Part shown: piece by piece, positions 27,601 to 37,290 of the stretch
Layout: each line of letters starts with the position of its first letter
How positions within the stretch are numbered: position 1 is the first letter of the stretch
Notes under the pieces: generated by a model
Told to the model about the DNA's origin: nothing
What the model saw: the letters and a program-made list of their open reading frames with translations, nothing else
Database searches by the model: none
NCBI RefSeq assembly: GCF_001194135.2
Contig: NC_068983.1
Coordinates: forward strand, 7,612,533-7,676,532
Direction: 5' to 3'
Length of the DNA stretch: 64,000 nucleotides
DNA from: Octopus bimaculoides
Lineage: Eukaryota
Position numbers and translations under genes: made by a program

Positions 27601-30600
27601 CAGTTGATTATGATTTTATTTAAAATATTCCCTTCTCAGATACAATAAGTATTGCAGCAGTCCTTCAGTTTTTCTAAGTCCTGTAAAAGAACTCAGAAGG
27701 TTGAGCCTCCAACCAGGCCTTTTGTGATACCCTTAAAACCAGGAACTTTTCACACCCCTTGTATACGACAGGCCTCTTTCAGTTTCTGTCAACCAAATCC
27801 ACTCACAAGGCTTTGGTCAGCCCGAGATTATAACAGAAGACACTTGTCCAAGGTGTCACATTGTGGGACTGAACCCAGAACTATGTGGTTGTGAAGCAAA
27901 TTTCTTACCACATAGCTACACCCAAAAGAAAATTATTTACCGACTGGCCAAGTCTCCAACAACAACAGCAATCAAATAACTTGGTATTGGCACTGGCTGT
28001 TTGAAGAAGAATTCCATCTTTGAAGAATTTGATCGACATACATTGGAACTCTGTTGAAGTGCACTCATCAAGACCACAAATTCCTTGAAAACTGTCACCT
28101 ACAGAGAAGAAAACATCAAATAAAATATTGGAATGGCATTTAAGATTTTTTCGGTCATGAGTCAAATATCCTAAATCACAATCAAAATAACAAAAGCAAC
28201 GAGACAACAACAACACATTCCTTCTCTTCTGATCTACAAACATGCTGCTTCTTCAGTTTGATTTTTCCACTACCACCACCACAACTACTAAAATGGCCTC
28301 TGCTTCTCAGAACTTGTTGCTTTCATACCACCTCTGGCTGACACACTTGTTCTATTTTCTCTAGTCACCCAAGACATTTAGTCCAATGTGCTAACAATTC
28401 TACTAATCCAAAGTCCTTAACAACCACCACCACTGCTACTACCACCATTTTAACAGCCACTTTTCCCTGTTTGCATGGCTTAAGACAGAATCTGTTGAGA
28501 CAGATTTTCGGCAGCTGGATGCCCTTCTTCTCATCAACCCTCACCTGCGTCAAAACAAGCTGATATTTCTCAATGACTGGACATGTTTTCATGGAAGATT
28601 GGAAACAAGACAATGTTTGTGTGATGGTGGCACTTATTTGCAAATACCATGCACTGTCAAGTCAGGGATACACAACCCCCCCACCACCACCACACACACC
28701 AGTCTTCTTTCAGTTTCCATCAACCAGATATGTGTTGTTGGCACTCCGTCGCTTACGACGTCGAGGGTTCCAGTTGATTCAATCAACGGAACAGCCTGCC
28801 CGTGAAATTAAAGTGCAAGTGGCTGAGCACACCACAGACACGTGTACCCCTAACGTAGTTCACAGGGATATTCAGCGTGACACAGTGTGACAAGGCTGAC
28901 CCTTTGAATTACAGGCACAACAGAAACAGGAAGTAAGAGTGAGAGAAAGTTGTGGTGAAAGAGTACAGCAGGGTTCGCCACCATCCCCTGCCGGAGCCTT
29001 GTGGAACTTTAGGTGTTTTCGCTCAATAAACACTCACAACGCCCGGTCTGGGAATCGAAACTGTGATCCTATGACCGCGAGTCCACTGCCCTAACCACTG
29101 GGCTATTGTGCCTCCACATCAACCAGATAATAGTAATGGTATAATGATGGTCACTGCTGTCGATTTCGACACGTGTTTGAATGAAAGGATTAAAAGGGAA
29201 TTAAGATTAAAAGAACCTGCATCTATTTGCGATGGATGAATGAATGAATGTAATTTGAGTCCAGGTGTGGATTTTGCTATGATGTCACAGTGGGGGACAA
29301 TGACGAGTTTGGTTTTGACTGGGAATGGACAAATGTGTCTTCATTGCAGGATATAATTCTTTTATTGCTCTACTGTAGGCACAAGGCCTGAAATTTTTCT
29401 TTTGGGTTGGGTTGGTTTGGGGGTGGGTAGTTGACTACATTAACCCTAGTATTTAACTGGTACCTGTTTTAATGACCCCTACCAAAGAATAAAAGACAAA
29501 ATCAATTTCAATGGCATTTGAACTCAGAATGCAAAGCCAGAAGAAATGCTAAGCGTTTTGTTCTGCAGAGAAACAATGGTCAGTTCTATGCTCTTAGGCT
29601 TTCTACTTGATAAGACATGTCAAGCTGAGTAAAACCACCGTCTTCCACATATACAGGTGTGTCCTTTCAGGTGCCAGTGCTGCATTAATGCACCCATGCC
29701 GGTGCTGTGCTAATGCACCCATGCTGGTTGCACGTAAAAAGCATCCTGCACACTGTTAAGTGGTTGGCATTAGAAAGGGCATCCAGCCATAGAAACCATG
29801 CCTCTGGGCAGCTCCCTGCTAGCCAGCTCCATATCAAACTGTCCAACCCATGCCAGCATGGAAAGCGGATATTAAATGATGATGATGATGAGAAAAATTA
29901 ATTGCTACTTACCTTTGCTGTATAAGGAAACTTAACTCCAGGTGAATCCTGACAGGGTACAAGACTCCGGGCATGAATTGGCTAAATGGTAAAGATATCA
30001 AAGGAAACAAGTTTATGATTTGGATAATTATTTACTGTAGCTACTCTTCTACCAACATGATATTGTTTCTTGCTCTCAATTATTTCCATTCTTTCCAAGA
30101 ATGTCTTTTAACTTTTATGACTAGCTACCATACCATTCCGCTACTATGGCCTAGAGTCATCCACAAATCTGGTCTGCAGCTGACAACAAATTACATAACA
30201 GAACCTCCGAAAGACTTTTATGTCTTCCTTCTTTATGTGATTCAAATCATTCACAACTTCTTTGAACCTATGTTTGGCTGAGAGAGCTTTCATTTTCCAT
30301 CTATTCCTTCCTTAGATAATCTGGTGTCTCAGTCTGTCTCGCTCAATAGGCTTCTACAAAATATGTTTGCCAAATTCCATTAACAAGGTGGCGACTGGCA
30401 CCCATGCCAACGTCGTCTCCTTCATCGGACACGAAACTCAGCTTGCGAAGACTTATTGGGACAAGCGAAAGCGAAATCGGGATGGCACCTGTGCCCAGTG
30501 TCGCCTGCGGCATGTGTAAGGACTTTCAAGCGAGATCGTTGCCAGTAACCCTGGACAGGCTCTTGTGCGGGTGGCACATGAAATGCACCATTTTGAGCAT

Positions 30601-32264
30601 GGCCGTTGCCAGTACCGCCTGACTGGCCTTCGTGCGGGTGACACATAAAAGCACCCACTACACTCTCTGAGTGGTTGGCATTAGGAAGGGCATCCAGCTG
30701 TAGAAACTCTGCCAAATCAGATTGGAGCCTGGTGTAGCCATCTGGTTACACCAGTCCTCAGTCAAATCGTCCAACCCATGCTAGCATGGAAAGCGGACGT
30801 TAAACGCTGATGATGATGATGATGCCCAAAGTATAGTGCTGAGGGACCAAATCCTGAAGCATATGGTTGCTGAGTGTACTTCTTAACCGTACATCCCTAC
30901 CTTATGTCTCGATTATGATACATCCCTTCAACACTACACAACCTGTAGAGATCTTACAGCCAATGCTGCATCCCCTGGTGAAGAGGTTTAGTCTGCAAGA
31001 GTTCCATGTCAGTGCCATATAATAAGCACTTGTGCCGGTGCCGCATAGAAGTGCTCGTGTCCATGACATTTTAAAAGCACCAAGCACACAATGTAAAGTG
31101 GTTGGTGATAGGAAAGGCATCCAGCTGTAGAAACCAAGTGAAATCAGAATGGGACCTGGTGCAGCATCTCAGCTCTTGTCAAACTGTCCAATTCATGCCA
31201 TTATGGAAAACAGACATTAAAGGAAGATGATGATGATGATGTACTTATAGAAATGTACATTCTAGTCTACAGCAGTGGTTCCCAAACTTTTTAGAGATGC
31301 GACCCACTATTTATGACACCAGTTTATGGTGACCCACTTAACTCTACTGGGTAAAAAACATTAATGAAAGAAACAAATTTATTTCAGATTACATTTTCAT
31401 TGCGGCCTGTGAGAAGGATGAGCCTGTTTCTTGCTACGCTCAATAATAGAATTAAAAAAGCCTACTGCTTGATAAAACAACCAGTCTGATATTGAAAACA
31501 TGAGTCTTGAACTATCTCGATAGACAGCAGTTAATCAAAGCTAATGCGTAATATTATAACTTTTTGCGACCCACTAGGATTCCGTTCACGACCCATTAGT
31601 GGGTCGTGACTCATAGTTTGGGAACCACTGGTCTACAGTACTTGCTACCACTATCTATTAATATTCTTTTTTGTAGGTACAGGCAAAGCTGTGTAGTTAA
31701 GAAGCTTGCTTCCCAGCCAGATGGTTTTGTGTTCAGTCCCACTGCATGGCACCTTGGGCACCTTCTGTCATAGCCTTGGACCGATCAAAGCATTGTGACT
31801 GAATTTGGTAGGCAGAAGTATTCGTCATGTGTGTACCATGTATGTGTAAGTGCTTGCGCCTCCTAACAGAGAGGTGGGGGAAGTAGTTTTATTTACATAA
31901 ATCTGTGAAAAATAAGGACAAAACTGCATGAATATATTAACCCTTTTGATACCAACAGACTCGAAGCCACCCTTTGTTCTATGATCCAAATCTCTTGCTT
32001 TAAAGTGATATAAACTAAAAAATTCCCATCAAAATGTCATGTTAATCTATGTTCTAAACACCAGCTCAATTATGAATAAAGTTGTTTTCCTAAATAACAA
32101 AGGCAATGTATTTCAGCAGAAATATGGTAACAAAAGGGTTAAGTGAAATTACCTCGCATTGGCTGTATAAATACGGATGCTGCTTCCCAGCAGTTTGAAG
32201 TGGTGATAACCAAAACAAGGCCGATGATTCAGGACTGGTTTCATATTCTATACCAATAGTGAGT
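5542..32264 (-). CDS. LTA4H: Leukotriene A4 hydrolase / M1-family zinc aminopeptidase gene, 5'-partial; 13 resolved exons totalling 1401 coding nt
   Basis: Exons are collinear with the human LTA4H sequence as recalled. Motifs: PYGGMEN, HEISH...WLNEG, QGRLKF. All junctions are AG/GT with compatible phases, except one jump (phase 0 to phase 1) across the N gap at 16168-17060. Confidence 0.97.
7070..7174 (-). CDS. LTA4H: LTA4H exon (human exon 18): [34 protein letters not shown]
   Basis: 105 nt; not in the ORF track; acceptor catccag, donor GTAAAT; the Arg and Lys of QGRxK are retained. Confidence 0.95.
9361..9646 (-). mobile_element. SINE family D, tail type 2
   Basis: Same head and core as 28731-29116 but a different 3' third ending in (TAAA)n. 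The same tail occurs on + at 12276-12458. Confidence 0.82.
9785..9867 (-). CDS. LTA4H: LTA4H exon (human exon 17): [27 protein letters not shown](R)
   Basis: 83 nt; acceptor ctctcacag, donor GTAAGT; NSEI motif. Confidence 0.95.
10370..10665. repeat. Polypurine low-complexity tract just inside the intron after the 151-nt exon; a similar tract lies at 56150-56540
   Basis: Almost exclusively A/G on +. Confidence 0.9.
10689..10839 (-). CDS. LTA4H: LTA4H exon (human exons 15+16): [20 protein letters not shown]...[12 protein letters not shown]
   Basis: 151 nt; acceptor gttgttag, donor GTAAAT; aligns to YDMTLTNACIALSQRW...QLNEFLAQ. Confidence 0.94.
11030..11880 (-). mobile_element. Head-to-tail array of four SINE family B copies separated by (TAA)n
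   Basis: Repeated GGCGAGCTGGCAGAA head, GAGTTCAAATTCC B-box-like motif and CCTTTCATCC core; runs into an N gap. Confidence 0.85.
12878..12954 (-). CDS. LTA4H: LTA4H exon (human exon 14): [25 protein letters not shown](S)
   Basis: 77 nt; WxxW...GMP motif; donor GTAAGT. The acceptor (aatgaag) was chosen for phase 0 and is less certain. Confidence 0.88.
13170..13470. repeat. Degenerate GAGTGATG-type minisatellite
   Basis: Recurrent GAGTGATG and GATG units. Confidence 0.7.
14514..14792 (+). mobile_element. Mariner (Tc1/mariner) 5' relic: left TIR plus frameshifted transposase N-terminus
   Basis: TA-TTGGGTCATCCCATA start; from 14701 the translation ME...[25 protein letters not shown] resembles a Mos1/SETMAR-type HTH start. 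Confidence 0.75.
14801..15002 (-). mobile_element. Second, different mariner transposase N-terminal relic
   Basis: [60 protein letters not shown], with a stop and a frameshift. Resembles mariner EIHRRL..QYG....RSVYEW..KF..GRTS..DE.RSGRP. Confidence 0.75.
15290..15393 (-). CDS. LTA4H: LTA4H exon (human exon 13): [35 protein letters not shown]
   Basis: 104 nt; acceptor cttccacag; starts phase 1; donor GTAAAT. Confidence 0.96.
16168..17060. other. Assembly gap (893 N) probably hiding an LTA4H exon
   Basis: Phase mismatch and missing PYEKG segment between the flanking exons. Other gaps: 1255-1623, 11881-12275, 17939-18156, 27377-27565, 33959-34555, 43744-44235, 48123-48341, 54411-54577, 56842-57228, 61454-61520. 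Confidence 0.8.
18720..18834 (-). CDS. LTA4H: LTA4H exon (human exon 11): [38 protein letters not shown]
   Basis: 115 nt; third zinc ligand Glu lies 18 residues after HEXXH; acceptor tctttgtag, donor GTGAGT. Confidence 0.95.
21822..21916 (-). CDS. LTA4H: LTA4H exon (human exons 9+10): [31 protein letters not shown](W)
   Basis: 95 nt; HEXXH zinc motif; acceptor tttttatttag, donor GTAAGT. Confidence 0.98.
22031..22478 (+). mobile_element. tRNA-derived SINE family A, full-length representative
   Basis: A-box-like GTGGCTGTGTGG, B-box-like GGTTCAGTCCC, internal (TA)n/(TG)n, and a TAAAAGAG tail. Other copies or parts: 226-645(-), 7975-8290(-), 17720-18355(-), 33484-33660(+), 34556-34768(+), 38550-38884, 42945-43275(-), 45165-45560(-), 48342-48605(+), 61270-61665(-). 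Confidence 0.85.
23782..23922 (-). CDS. LTA4H: LTA4H exon (human exon 8): [47 protein letters not shown]
   Basis: 141 nt; contains the GXMEN exopeptidase motif; donor GTAAGC. Confidence 0.98.
24519..24736. repeat. (GTA/GTG)n microsatellite
   Basis: Seen directly. It produces the poly-V and poly-T ORFs. Confidence 0.95.
24927..24999 (-). CDS. LTA4H: LTA4H exon (human exon 7): [24 protein letters not shown]
   Basis: 73 nt; acceptor ttttaaccag, donor GTGAAG; starts phase 2. Confidence 0.95.
27941..28098 (-). CDS. LTA4H: LTA4H exon (human exons 5+6): [14 protein letters not shown]...[20 protein letters not shown](R)
   Basis: 158 nt; acceptor ctctgtag, donor GTAAAT; PIPSYLIA motif; ends phase 2. 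Confidence 0.96.
28731..29116 (-). mobile_element. tRNA-derived SINE family D, tail type 1, 13-bp TSD
   Basis: On the - strand the head carries an A-box-like element (recalled consensus TGGCCCAGTGG) and a B-box-like GTTTCGATTCC. TSD CATCAACCAGATA at 28718-30 and 29117-29. Confidence 0.88.
29913..29981 (-). CDS. LTA4H: LTA4H exon (human exon 4 equivalent): [23 protein letters not shown]
   Basis: 69 nt; acceptor ccatttag, donor GTAAGT; PCQDxP motif. Confidence 0.96.
30386..30826 (+). mobile_element. Repeat family C (SINE-like, RTE-type 3' end, (GAT)n tail), long representative
   Basis: TGGCATTAGGAAGGGCATCCAGCTGTAGAAAC...CATGCTAGCATGGAAAGCGGACGTTAAAC(GAT)n. Other copies: 958-1687(-), 1814-1953(-), 5733-6050(-), 7342-7611(+), 25661-25811(+), 32690-33076(+), 35586-35777(-), 36528-36896(-), 54048-54970(+), 63943-64000(-). 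Confidence 0.8.
31273..31630. mobile_element. hAT-type MITE, 358 bp
   Basis: Perfect 16-bp TIR CAGTGGTTCCCAAACT and perfect 8-bp TSD GTCTACAG (31265-72 / 31631-38). Confidence 0.92.
31941..32138. mobile_element. piggyBac-type MITE, 198 bp
   Basis: TTAA on both sides; TIR CCCTTTTGATACCA / TGGTAACAAAAGGG (13/14). Partial relatives lie near 27228-27290, 51240-51445 and 55235-55352. Confidence 0.88.
32153..32264 (-). CDS. LTA4H: LTA4H exon (human exon 3 equivalent): [37 protein letters not shown]
   Basis: 112 nt; acceptor ttttcag, donor GTAATT; starts phase 2, ends phase 0. Confidence 0.95.
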
Positions 32265-35200
32265 CTGAAAACAGCAGATATAGAAACACAATAATTACAG
32301 ATAAGGTTGTAAAATAAGCCAACTCATTTCTTTAAACATACACAAATCTGATAAATAAATTGTTTGCCTGAAATGTAACTAATTTCTTCATACACACACA
32401 CACAAATGAGATAAGTAATTTATTTGCAGGCATTCTTGAAATTGCTAACTAGAAAGCTTACTAACTTGATATTTACAGTTGATAACTTAGTGTCATTGTT
32501 GCTGTTGTTGTTGTTGTTGCTTTTTGGCCCTAGGTTGGCCTTGACAGGCATTACAACTGTGACCAAATCACGATTTGTTTTTCCTTTTCAGATACAGTGT
32601 ATCTCAGATTACATCATGCAATGTGTCCTTCCCTTTTTAACACATTAGGGTGTGGTTCGAAGGGGGTTTGGCTTTTATGTATAGCAGCGCCAGTGGAGCA
32701 CTAACAGCACTGTCAAGCGTGTTCATTGCCAGAGCAGCTGTCTGGCTTCCGTGCTAGTGGCCCGTAATCGGGCACGTTAGAAAATCATTCGAGCGAGGTC
32801 GATGCCAGTGCCGCTGAACTAGCTCCCGTGTGGTGGCACGTAAAACGCACCTTTTTGAGTGTGGCCGTTACCAGTACCGCCTGACTGGCCCTCGTGCCAG
32901 TGGCACGTAAAAGTACCCACTACACTCTGAGTGGTTGGCATTAGGAAGGGCATCCAGCTGTAGAAACTCTGCCAAATCAGATTGGAGCCTGGTGTAGCCT
33001 TCTGGTTCACCAGTCCTCAGTCAAATCACCCAACCCATGCTAGCATGGAATGCGGACGTTAAATGATGATGATGATGAACCATTACACCATATTTTGATC
33101 AGTTTGATCTCTGATTATTGTCAAGTGCCACATGTCTTAAATATTTGGATTACTAACTTCAACACCACATTTTTGATCAGTGTGACCTTTGATCATTATC
33201 ATGTGACTTATGTCTATAATATTCAGACTATTAATAGCCATATCAAGTTTCCTTCAATTTGATCTCAGATCAGCATCAGGCATCTTTTATTATTCTTGGA
33301 TGTGTGTGAAGTACTAGACTGGATTGTAACTGCATCAGGGGTCAAGGAGACAAGAGTGTCACACTCAGATTTAAGTACAGGGGTTACATGACTGAATTTA
33401 TACTGAGACTATATACACATTAGTCAGAGAGCAACCAAACTAAATATAATGTAAATGTAAATATCACAACATTTTTTTATCGTTAGGCATAGGAGTGGAT
33501 GTGTGGTAAGTAGCTTGCTTACCAACCACATGGTTCCGGGTTCAGTTCCCACTGTGTGGTACCTTGGGCAAGTGTCTTCTACTATAGCCTCAGGCCGACC
33601 AAAGCCTTGAGTGGATTTGGTAGATGGAAACTAAAAAAAGCCTGTTATATATATATATATATAAATTATTTAAAATTATAATACAGGGTATCAAGAGATA
33701 CCACCACGCTGAAAAAATAGCAGTCAAATCCTGACTCTAAAACCACAATAAATCGCACGAAAGGTTGTTTAGGCGGGCTATTTAAGCTAGTCGTGTGCAT
33801 ACGTGCATATATATGTATATATGCGTCCGTATATGTAAGTATACTGTTTATATACATGTATTTGTATTTATGTACTGGAGTATATTCCACTGATGAAGGC
33901 AGAGCATTATTATTTATGCAAAGCCAGAAATCCAGGATTTGGAATTATCTTATTTTTANNNNNNNNNNNNNNNNNNNNNNNNNNNNNNNNNNNNNNNNNN
34001 NNNNNNNNNNNNNNNNNNNNNNNNNNNNNNNNNNNNNNNNNNNNNNNNNNNNNNNNNNNNNNNNNNNNNNNNNNNNNNNNNNNNNNNNNNNNNNNNNNNN
34101 NNNNNNNNNNNNNNNNNNNNNNNNNNNNNNNNNNNNNNNNNNNNNNNNNNNNNNNNNNNNNNNNNNNNNNNNNNNNNNNNNNNNNNNNNNNNNNNNNNNN
34201 NNNNNNNNNNNNNNNNNNNNNNNNNNNNNNNNNNNNNNNNNNNNNNNNNNNNNNNNNNNNNNNNNNNNNNNNNNNNNNNNNNNNNNNNNNNNNNNNNNNN
34301 NNNNNNNNNNNNNNNNNNNNNNNNNNNNNNNNNNNNNNNNNNNNNNNNNNNNNNNNNNNNNNNNNNNNNNNNNNNNNNNNNNNNNNNNNNNNNNNNNNNN
34401 NNNNNNNNNNNNNNNNNNNNNNNNNNNNNNNNNNNNNNNNNNNNNNNNNNNNNNNNNNNNNNNNNNNNNNNNNNNNNNNNNNNNNNNNNNNNNNNNNNNN
34501 NNNNNNNNNNNNNNNNNNNNNNNNNNNNNNNNNNNNNNNNNNNNNNNNNNNNNNNATGTATATGTTTGTGTGTCTGTGTTTGTCCCTCCAACATCGCTTG
34601 ACAACTGATGCTGGTGTGTTTACGTCCCCGTGACTTAGTGGATCGGCAAAAGAGACCGACAGAATAAGTACTAGGCTTACAAAGAATAAGTCCTGCGGTC
34701 GATTTGCTCGACTAAAGGCGGTGCTCCAGCATGGCCGCAGTCAAATGACTGAAACAAGTAAAAGAGTATTAAACAAGAGGTTAATGGTACAGAAAAATCA
34801 TAATAGCATTAATGATATTATCAAATTTAAATGCTATTATTTGCTTGGAGGGTCAACAAAAACATATCACTGCTTAATTTCACCTGCCTGTCCGTGAGGC
34901 CTGGCAGTTTACAAAAGGGATACAATTTGCTTCTCCTATGAATCTCCTCTAAATGTCCCTGTCAGCTGAAAGACTACATTCCAGCTGTCAGCAGATATGT
35001 CAAATTGAAGCACATAACACTTTGGAATATTCTTTGAATCTGAAACTTCAGACCATTACAATTACATGTCACAAATGTCTGCTTCTTGTACAAGATTTTT
35101 TTTTACTTTCTACTACAGGCACAAGGCCTGAAATTTTTAAGGGCGGGGCTAGACAATTACACTGATCTCCTTGCTCAACTGTTACTTTTATCAATCCCAT

Positions 35201-35531
35201 AATGACGAAAATTAAAATCAACCTTGGCAAAATTTGAACCCAGGACATGAAGAAATGCCCCTAAGCATTTTGTGCCAAGATGCAAATAAGATACTGTGAC
35301 AAGTATTGTTGTTGCTGTTGTTGGTTACAGGTTTCCAACTAACCAATCATTGGTTCACTGCATTTGAGATGGTCAGAACAAGGAATTGCCTGGGCAGCAA
35401 AACTGGAACAAATATCACAAAAGAGATTTTTCTTTTGAAACTATCAGCTTATCAATTTCCTCTCTGGTGTTTATATAAAAGAAAGATATACATAAAAACG
35501 CTCCACCATATACATATACACACACACACAC

Positions 35532-35575
<44 letters not shown>

Positions 35576-36979
35576 NNNNNNNNNNTCCACTTTCCATGCT
35601 AGCATGGGTTGGACGATTTGACTGGGGACTGGTGAACCAGATGGCTACACCAGACTCCAATCTGATCTGGCAGAGTTTCTACAGCTGGATGCCCTTCCTA
35701 ACACAGACCACTCTGAAAGCGTAGTGGGTGCTTTTTCCGTGCCACCAGCACAAGGGCCAGTCTGGCGGTACTGGCAACTAGTTGCATACGTTATAACAAT
35801 ATCATATGCATTTAAGTCACAGGTTAAAAGCACACGAAGAATGCTCTCCTAAGCAGAAATCCAATCAAACAACAAATATTCCTGCATCGACAATTATGGA
35901 TTCTGCACCCTACCTGTCATCACCACCACCACCACCACCACTGATGACATCTATGGCATTGTTGTCAACCTCCTTCTCCTCCTCCTCATTGGTGTTTTAA
36001 TGTTCATTTTTCAAAGCCAACATTAAATGGACAGGCAAACAACAATATATTTCTGAGTGTGTGTGTGTGAGAGAGAGAAAGTGAGAGTGTTTGTGTGTGT
36101 GTGTCATTACTTCGTTCTACGCACTTGTTAGTGAAACTCATATAATGAAATTAAAGAGCATCCTCAGCATACTCTGCTGGATCTTCAGCAAAATGCCCAG
36201 TTGCTTATAATTAAATGTTATTAAGTGTTTAAATGTATGAGATGAGCTGCAGTAAATAAGATTATAATTTTCAAAGCAATTAACCTTATTTCATTAGATT
36301 TCATATTTGGAAATCAAACTTGCTACATTCATATCACTGTGTGAGGCATAGCCATGGCTGCATGGTTAAGAATTCCAGTCTGCAATCTGATGGTTTTGGA
36401 TTGCTTTGCAGCCACAAGACATCTTGCCGCAACTGTCTGCTATAGCTTGAAGCTGACCAAGTATTGCATACACACACACCTTGAGAGGGAAACTGACAGG
36501 GATGAACTGTGTAAAACTTTGTCATATATCATCATCATCATCATTTAACGTCCGCTTTCCATGCTAGCATGGGTTGGACAATTTGACTGGCGACTAGCAA
36601 AGCAGATGGCTACACCAGACTCCAACCTGATCTGGCAGAGTTTCTACAGCTGGATGCCCTTCCTAACGCCAACCACTCCGAGAGTGTAGTGGGTGCTTTT
36701 TATGTGCCACCGGCATGTGGGCCCGTCTGGCGGTACTGGCAACGGCCACGCTCAAATGGTGTTTTTTATGTGCCACCTGCACAAGAGCCAGTCTAATATT
36801 TTGTTCATGTGCCACTGGCACAAGTGCCAGTAAAGTGAAGCTAGAAACGACCGCACTCAAATGGTGCTTTTTATGTGCCACCGGCATGGGAGCGATACAG
36901 GAGTAAGCACATAAAGACAAAACAAGGTGGGAAAAAAAGTACTCAAATACTGAAGATAGGGTAAGATGCATTTTTTTAA

Positions 36980-37290
36980 ATATTTATATATATATAAGAA
37001 AATTAAGAAAATAGAGATAAATCAATTAATAATTATATTTATTAATTACAAATATAGACATATAATCCCTGACAGCTGAAATGTTCTGTACACTTAACAC
37101 ATAAAAATATAATGGTATATCTTTTTTTCTACCTCCGACGAGATTCTACTTGATAATGATTTAATTATTTTAATTAAAACCTTTAAAGTCTGAATCGAAA
37201 CAGCTGTCAGGGATTATGCCTATTTTTGTAATTATAGATATAATTATCAATTGATTTATTTCTATTTTCCTATTTTTCTTAAATAAATAT
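36980..37290. repeat. AT-rich foldback: ~95-bp inverted arms, 122-nt spacer
   Basis: 36980-37078 pairs with 37201-37290 (ATAATCCCTGACAGCTG / CAGCTGTCAGGGATTAT). Confidence 0.85.

Noticed and set aside
22031-29116. tRNA genes from A/B-box motifs
   Set aside because: They are heads of multicopy SINEs that continue into core and tail, with no complete cloverleaf.
5542-32264. LTA4H as a frameshifted pseudogene
   Set aside because: All resolved exons are open with intact motifs; the single phase break spans an N gap large enough for the missing exon.
35365-35415. FAAQAIPCSDH resembling the AILPCQD motif
   Set aside because: The true motif is at 29913-29981; no extended similarity here.
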